A stretch of 64,000 nt of DNA. Source: Azolla caroliniana. Lineage: Eukaryota > Plantae > Polypodiophyta. This document shows positions 59,201 to 64,000 of this stretch, in pieces. The translations under genes and the position numbers were made by a program. Location: NCBI GenBank assembly GCA_043228905.1, contig JBHGNT010000012.1:16244001-16308000 (forward strand), written 5' to 3'. Numbering within the stretch: the first letter of the stretch is position 1; the number at the start of each line of letters is the position of its first letter. A model generated the notes under the pieces. That model had not been told where the DNA came from, did no database searches, and worked only from the letters and a program-made list of their open reading frames with translations.

Positions 59201-61544
59201 CTTCTGCTCTTCTGCCGCCTCGTTCACGTCGGGTTCACCAAGATGTCGAGGTATTCCTCGCGGATGCGTGGAATGAGGCAGAACCTCGGGGGTCCTATAC
59301 CAAAGAGCAAGAGAGGGAGGGGAAGAAACCCTCTTCGTGCGAGCGTAGATCCACAGGGACACGGCCCTTCGACGCAAAGACGCAAGTGGGACAGCGACAC
59401 AGAAAGACACGAATGTATGTATGTATTAACAAAGACAAACAACAAGAACACAAAGACAACAGAACACGAAGTCGGCTACAACCGAACATGCCTGCGAACC
59501 GATGCCAATACCTGCTCGTAAACGCACAGAGAGGAAGGAGTAGGTTGGAGGTGCTGCCGGAAGCACTCGGGCATTCCTCAGAGCAGCGTGAGCCTCCCGA
59601 AACCTGCACAGAAGGAAGCTATGGCGTTTGCAAACCAGAGAGAGAGAGAGAAGCCTTCGCACGCAAACCGACAACACTTCGTCCTCGACTCTCCGCGATC
59701 CTTCACCCCTCCTCGTCTCCCTCCTTTTATAGGTAAGGAAGGAGCCGCTTCCCTACCTACCGAATCTACCTGCCTAGGACCTTCTATGTACATCATAAGG
59801 CGCACGTGCATGAAGAGTCGGTTCCTACGCTCCGATACACCGATTCCGCTTGTGGACGGTTTTCTTCACGACACCGTTTCCTATTAACTTCCTACCTACC
59901 GAGGATCTTCTATGTACAACATAAGGCGCACGTGTATGAAGAGCCGGTTCCTACGCTCCGGTGCACCGATTCCGCTTGTGGACGGTTTTCTTCACGACAA
60001 TGTGTAAAAAGGGCGGGACCACGGGGGTCTCGGACTAGGGAAGAGGGGAAGCCGTGAAGACAATTCCCGGCGGGTTCCAGAAGCCACCGAACGGGAGACA
60101 GAAAGAGAGAGAACGCGCGCTTGACTCCGACTCACACCCACACACACACCGCGCCGAACCAACTCACGCCCTTATGTACAGAAACACAGGGAAGGGAACA
60201 CCAAAACATCCATACAAATAGAGACACGAGTATGCACAGATGGATACTAGTATGTATATTACAAAGGGGAAGAATACAATCCCGGCTTCGAGCCGGACCA
60301 TGGTAGGGTAGGTTATAACAGCAGTCTGTTGCGAAGCCGCCGTCCGGGGAGCTCTTGGGCTCGTCACGCGGAGCGGGGTCTTGCAGAGGAGACCTAGCAC
60401 AGACAACCCTCAACGGTCGACCTCCCCGCGAAGAAGAAGAAGAAGAAGAAGAAGAAGAAGAAGAAGAAGAAGAAGAAAACTAACTCTAAACCTAACGCTA
60501 TACCCTCTAACACAAAACGGGCAACCGTTTCACAAAGGGCGCTCCCTTCCTTTTATAGAACAAGGAGAGGGATGCGTTACAATGTGGGATAAATCCCGAC
60601 TTACATGGGATCGTCTGTCGCGACTGGACTACTCTTCGGCGCCATAAAGGCGCCCTCGTTATTCACACTAAATGTACAAGGGTAAGCATACATGCTGCAT
60701 CTTGCCGATGTAGCCAATGTTTCTCGGTTTCCGCCTCTGGCCGAAATTCTTCACGACATCCGCCCCCACCAAACCGCACGTCCACCGGTACGTGCCAAAT
60801 CCGGTGAAGGGTGAGAGATTTCGGCCGGTGAGAAACCGGTCAACCGTGATCTGCATCCCGGCTCGCTGCCGGTTCGAACCGTCGGCTTCGGTTCTTCCTT
60901 CGCACTTACCTCCCCGTAGGCTCGTTCGACCCGTCGATGGGTCCTTCACCGCGACCTCCGTAGTACGCGTACTTCCGTTGGCCCTTGTTCGGCCGTATGC
61001 ACGCCCCGCTCTCCGCCATATGCCCGATGTCCTCCGCTTCAGGATTGCCCGTAGTGGCCCGCTTCACCTTTCCCGTTGTGCGCTGCTGCAACAGGTCCTG
61101 AGTCTTCCGCTTGCCATCATCCCCTCGCGCCGACCAGCTTGTCATCCCGGGCTTGCCGTGTCAATCTTCGTTACTCTGACTGAGTTGCCGAGATCTACGA
61201 AGCGAGTGTGGAGGATCCTCCTCCGGACTCCCTTGTCATCCCCTGACTCCGACCCTGTGCAGTCCACTATGCACTCGTCACCTCGTTCCTGGCACCTCCC
61301 TTGTGCCGTCTTCCGCTTCCTTTGTTCGGCTCCGCCCATGCCGAACACTGTCCCGTAGTTACCCTTCGATCCGGCCCACGATGGCCACTTGCGAGACTCT
61401 TGTTCCGTCCCAGGTGTGCCTTTCCGGCCTGACACACCTCCCCGTGCTCGCCCTACCGGCTACTTCCGAAACCGTAACCGGCTGGTGAGGGTTTTGCACT
61501 TCGTCCGCCCCGTCTTACCGACTCCCGATCCGCTACCCCGTGTC

Positions 61545-62140
61545 GTTGGGTCTCGTTCCCTACCGCTACCGTCCTTCTCCCTCGGTTTTACGTTGCCACA
61601 TTGGACGAACAACCGGGGTCTCGGGAACCGGTGTGAAGATCCCATAGGACCGGTCTTCGTTTCGTTGCTTGCCGAAATTCAGGGTGGCTTTGTTTGAGTC
61701 CCTCCCGGATTCTCCTCATGTCTTCCGCGTAGCCGAGTCCCGTTTCCCGCCGCCACCAACCTTCTCTCTCGGTCTCATGTTGCCTCGTTGGCCGAACTGC
61801 CGGAGTCTCTGGTTCGGTGTGGGGATCTCGTACGACCGGACTTCCTTACGCCCACTGACCTTGCCGGAGGGCTTGAGATGGTCCGTAGCCGCCTTGCCGG
61901 CCCAATACCTTCTTTTTCTACTTCCGTTGTCTGATCACGTTCACTTGCCGCCACCGATCTCTCCTATAGGACTCACGCCGGCAGTCGGGCCGATCGCCGG
62001 ATCGGTGTGAGGATCTTTGTGGGACTGCCCATCCGTGGTCTTTGCCTTCGTCCCCTCGCCGCCACCGATCGTCACTCTAGGTCTCACGCCGGCTCTCGGG
62101 CCGACTGCCGGAGTCTCCGGATCCGGTGTGAAGGATCCTC
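61545..62140. repeat. Four degenerate ~80-95-bp repeats inside element B
   Basis: Units with CCGCCACC...CCGG(A/G)GTCTC..CGGTGTG..GATC at about 61546, 61735, 61939 and 62050. Confidence 0.65.
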
Positions 62141-62243
62141 CTCAGGCTTTTTGTATCTTTGACCCTTATCTTGGGTCTTCCTCCTTTCGCAAGTCGAGAG
62201 GGTGGCTCGCTCCACACCCTCTCCTGTGGTACCGACGTACCGT

Positions 62244-64000
62244 TGTCGTGAAGAAAACCGTCCACAAGCGGAATCGGTGCACCGGAGCGTAGGAACCGGC
62301 TCTTCATACACGTGCACCTTATGTAGTACATAGAAGATCCTCGGTAGGTAGGAAGTTAATAGGAAACGGCTCCTTCCTTGCCTATAAAAGGAGGGAGATA
62401 AGGAGGGGAGAAGGAATCGCGAAATAAGAGAGGACGAACTGCTGTCAGATTGTGGGCCGAAGGCTTCTCTCTCTTCCAAACTCCATAGCTTCTTTCTGTG
62501 TAGGTTTCGGGAGGCTCGCGCTGCTCTGAGGAATGCCCGAGTGCTTCCGGCAGCACCTCCAACTTACTTCCTTCTTCCTGTGCGTTTAGGAACAGGCATC
62601 GGCATCTGTTCGCCGGCCTGTTCGGTTGTAACCGACTTCGTGTTTTTGTTGTTTGTCTCTGTTAATATTCACATACATTCATTCGTGTCTCTCTGTGTTG
62701 GTTTCCCGCTCGCGTCTTCGTGTCGAAGGGCCGTGTCCCTGTGGATCTACGCTCGCACCTAGTGGACCTCTTTCCTTCTCCTTTCTCTCTTGCTCTTCGG
62801 TACAAGACCCCCGAGGTCCCGCCTCATTCCACGCATCCACGAGGAATACCTCGACACCTTGGTGAACCCGACGTGAAGGAGGCGGCAGAAGAGCAGAAGA
62901 TGAAAGGGTCGGATCTTGTCACAGCGGGGCTGACAACGGGGCGGCTGGTGCGGGCTCTGTCACAGCAAGGAGGCTTGAACCGGTACCGCAAGGGCGAAGG
63001 GAAGAAACCCGGGAATGGCTAGAAACCGGTCCGGCTTTGATCGGCATGGTCAGTGGCTCGTCCGGAGGAGCAGCGCTGGACGAGTTGACGCGGGCGATAA
63101 AGGATCTCCAGATCGCCCAGACTCGAAGGGAAGGCGGCGAGCCGGCTCGTGACCGACGGCCGGTAGCAGGGAACAGGTGCATGTGGTGCGACGAGGTCGG
63201 CCACATCCGGAAGGACTGCGGTGATTTCGCAGAAGCGTTGAGGAACCGGGTGGTGTACCTGTGGGAAGGCCGGGTGCACGCCGGCAACACCAGAAGGGCC
63301 CTAAACCGAAACGATGGGCGAGGAGGTATGAAGAGACTGATGGAAGAGGTAGCGGCCCGACACGTGGAGGCCATCCACTACTCGGCGTCGGCCGGTATTC
63401 AGGTCGGGGGCAGCGAGGCCCGAAAGGAGACCAAGGACGGGTTCTGGTCGGCAATGCTGGAAGGCCTTGCCGGCGCATGGCTAAGGAAAGATGAAACGGA
63501 CCGTGCTGAGAGACGGTTCCGGGAAATAACCGGGTGGAGCGATCCGGTCGAGGAGAAGACGGGCTTTGTAGCAGCAGCCTGCCGGAACTACGAGGCTCTG
63601 GTAGAAGACAAACGAGTGGGGAAAGCCGGAGCGGCCTGGCCCTCACAACGGTACGAGACCCGATTCGGGCAACGACGGAACGATACCGGTGGGTCCAGCT
63701 CGCAAGATAACCCCAGGAAGGGCGGATACCGACTGGGGACGGAAATAGAAAGGACTACGGACCTACAAAAGGTCCTAGAAGAACGGATCCTCAACAGCAA
63801 AGTGGAGCTGTCATTGCGAGAGGTGCTAGGGATCGCAAAGAAGGAGTTCCACGACTCCATTGTGGACCTGGTGAAACGGAAGAGGCTGTCGACGGAGACG
63901 GAACCGGAAAGACCGGTGGAGGTGCGGACGACGCACATCGACGACATGGCGCTGGAAGATGAGTGGGCGGAGAGCCACTATTCAAGGCCGCACTTGGCCC
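62244..64000 (+). mobile_element. Element 7 (element 6 family), 5' part, runs off the right edge
   Basis: LTR 62244-62856; Trp PBS 62860-62876; gag near-identical to element 6 but with a ~0.58-kb deletion after MKGSDL; left flank CCGT. Confidence 0.92.

Larger units (their letters stand above)
52952..59873 (-). mobile_element. Full-length Ty3/gypsy element 6 (tRNA-Trp PBS, 4-bp TSD)
   Basis: 630-bp LTRs 52952-53581 and 59244-59873; TSD CCGT; PBS TGGTGAACCCGACGTGA 59224-59240; PPT 53582-53593. Confidence 0.95.
52461..59999 (-). mobile_element. Solo LTR (613 bp: 52461-52951 + 59878-59999) split by element 6
   Basis: TSD ACGT/ATGT; joined length and sequence match the 613-bp LTR at 62244-62856 in reverse orientation. 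Confidence 0.88.
52437..62243 (-). mobile_element. TGTCG..CGACA-group element B: 3' LTR (52437-52460 + 60004-60758), PPT and internal region without recognisable pol (60759-62243)
   Basis: The two LTR pieces join into a sequence matching the solo LTR at 10041-10766; PPT GGTGGGGGCGGA (minus) 60759-60770; (GAA)n at 60430-60477; left flank ACGG. Confidence 0.8.

Noticed and set aside
60430-60477. Poly-Arg ORF 60381-60647
   Set aside because: Translation of a (GAA)n microsatellite inside an LTR.

Overview
Eukaryotic DNA, most likely from a non-seed land plant (bryophyte or lycophyte; inferred from the retroelement lineages). About 85% of the window is two stacks of nested LTR retrotransposons (1-23 kb and 33-64 kb). 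Between them lies an AT-rich island with one intact host gene (an intronless, secreted dirigent-family protein, 26451-27026), a hAT MITE and three LINE 3' remnants. Most insertions could be resolved by LTR pairs, primer-binding sites (PBS) and target-site duplications (TSD). Main observations: (1) three related non-chromovirus Ty3/gypsy elements have no polypurine tract (PPT) and instead carry a conserved tRNA-Arg-3'-end-like motif ending in CCA exactly 2 nt before the 3' LTR, suggesting tRNA-primed or tRNA-mimic-primed plus-strand synthesis; (2) these elements also carry a large extra coiled-coil ORF after pol; (3) a second Ty3/gypsy group with TGTCG...CGACA termini (tRNA-Trp PBS where visible) has six insertions, all at 4-bp CpG-centred sites; (4) a Tcn1-like LTR contains an antisense tRNA-like Pol III cassette. 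Everything was read by eye; no database search was run, so novelty is unverified.
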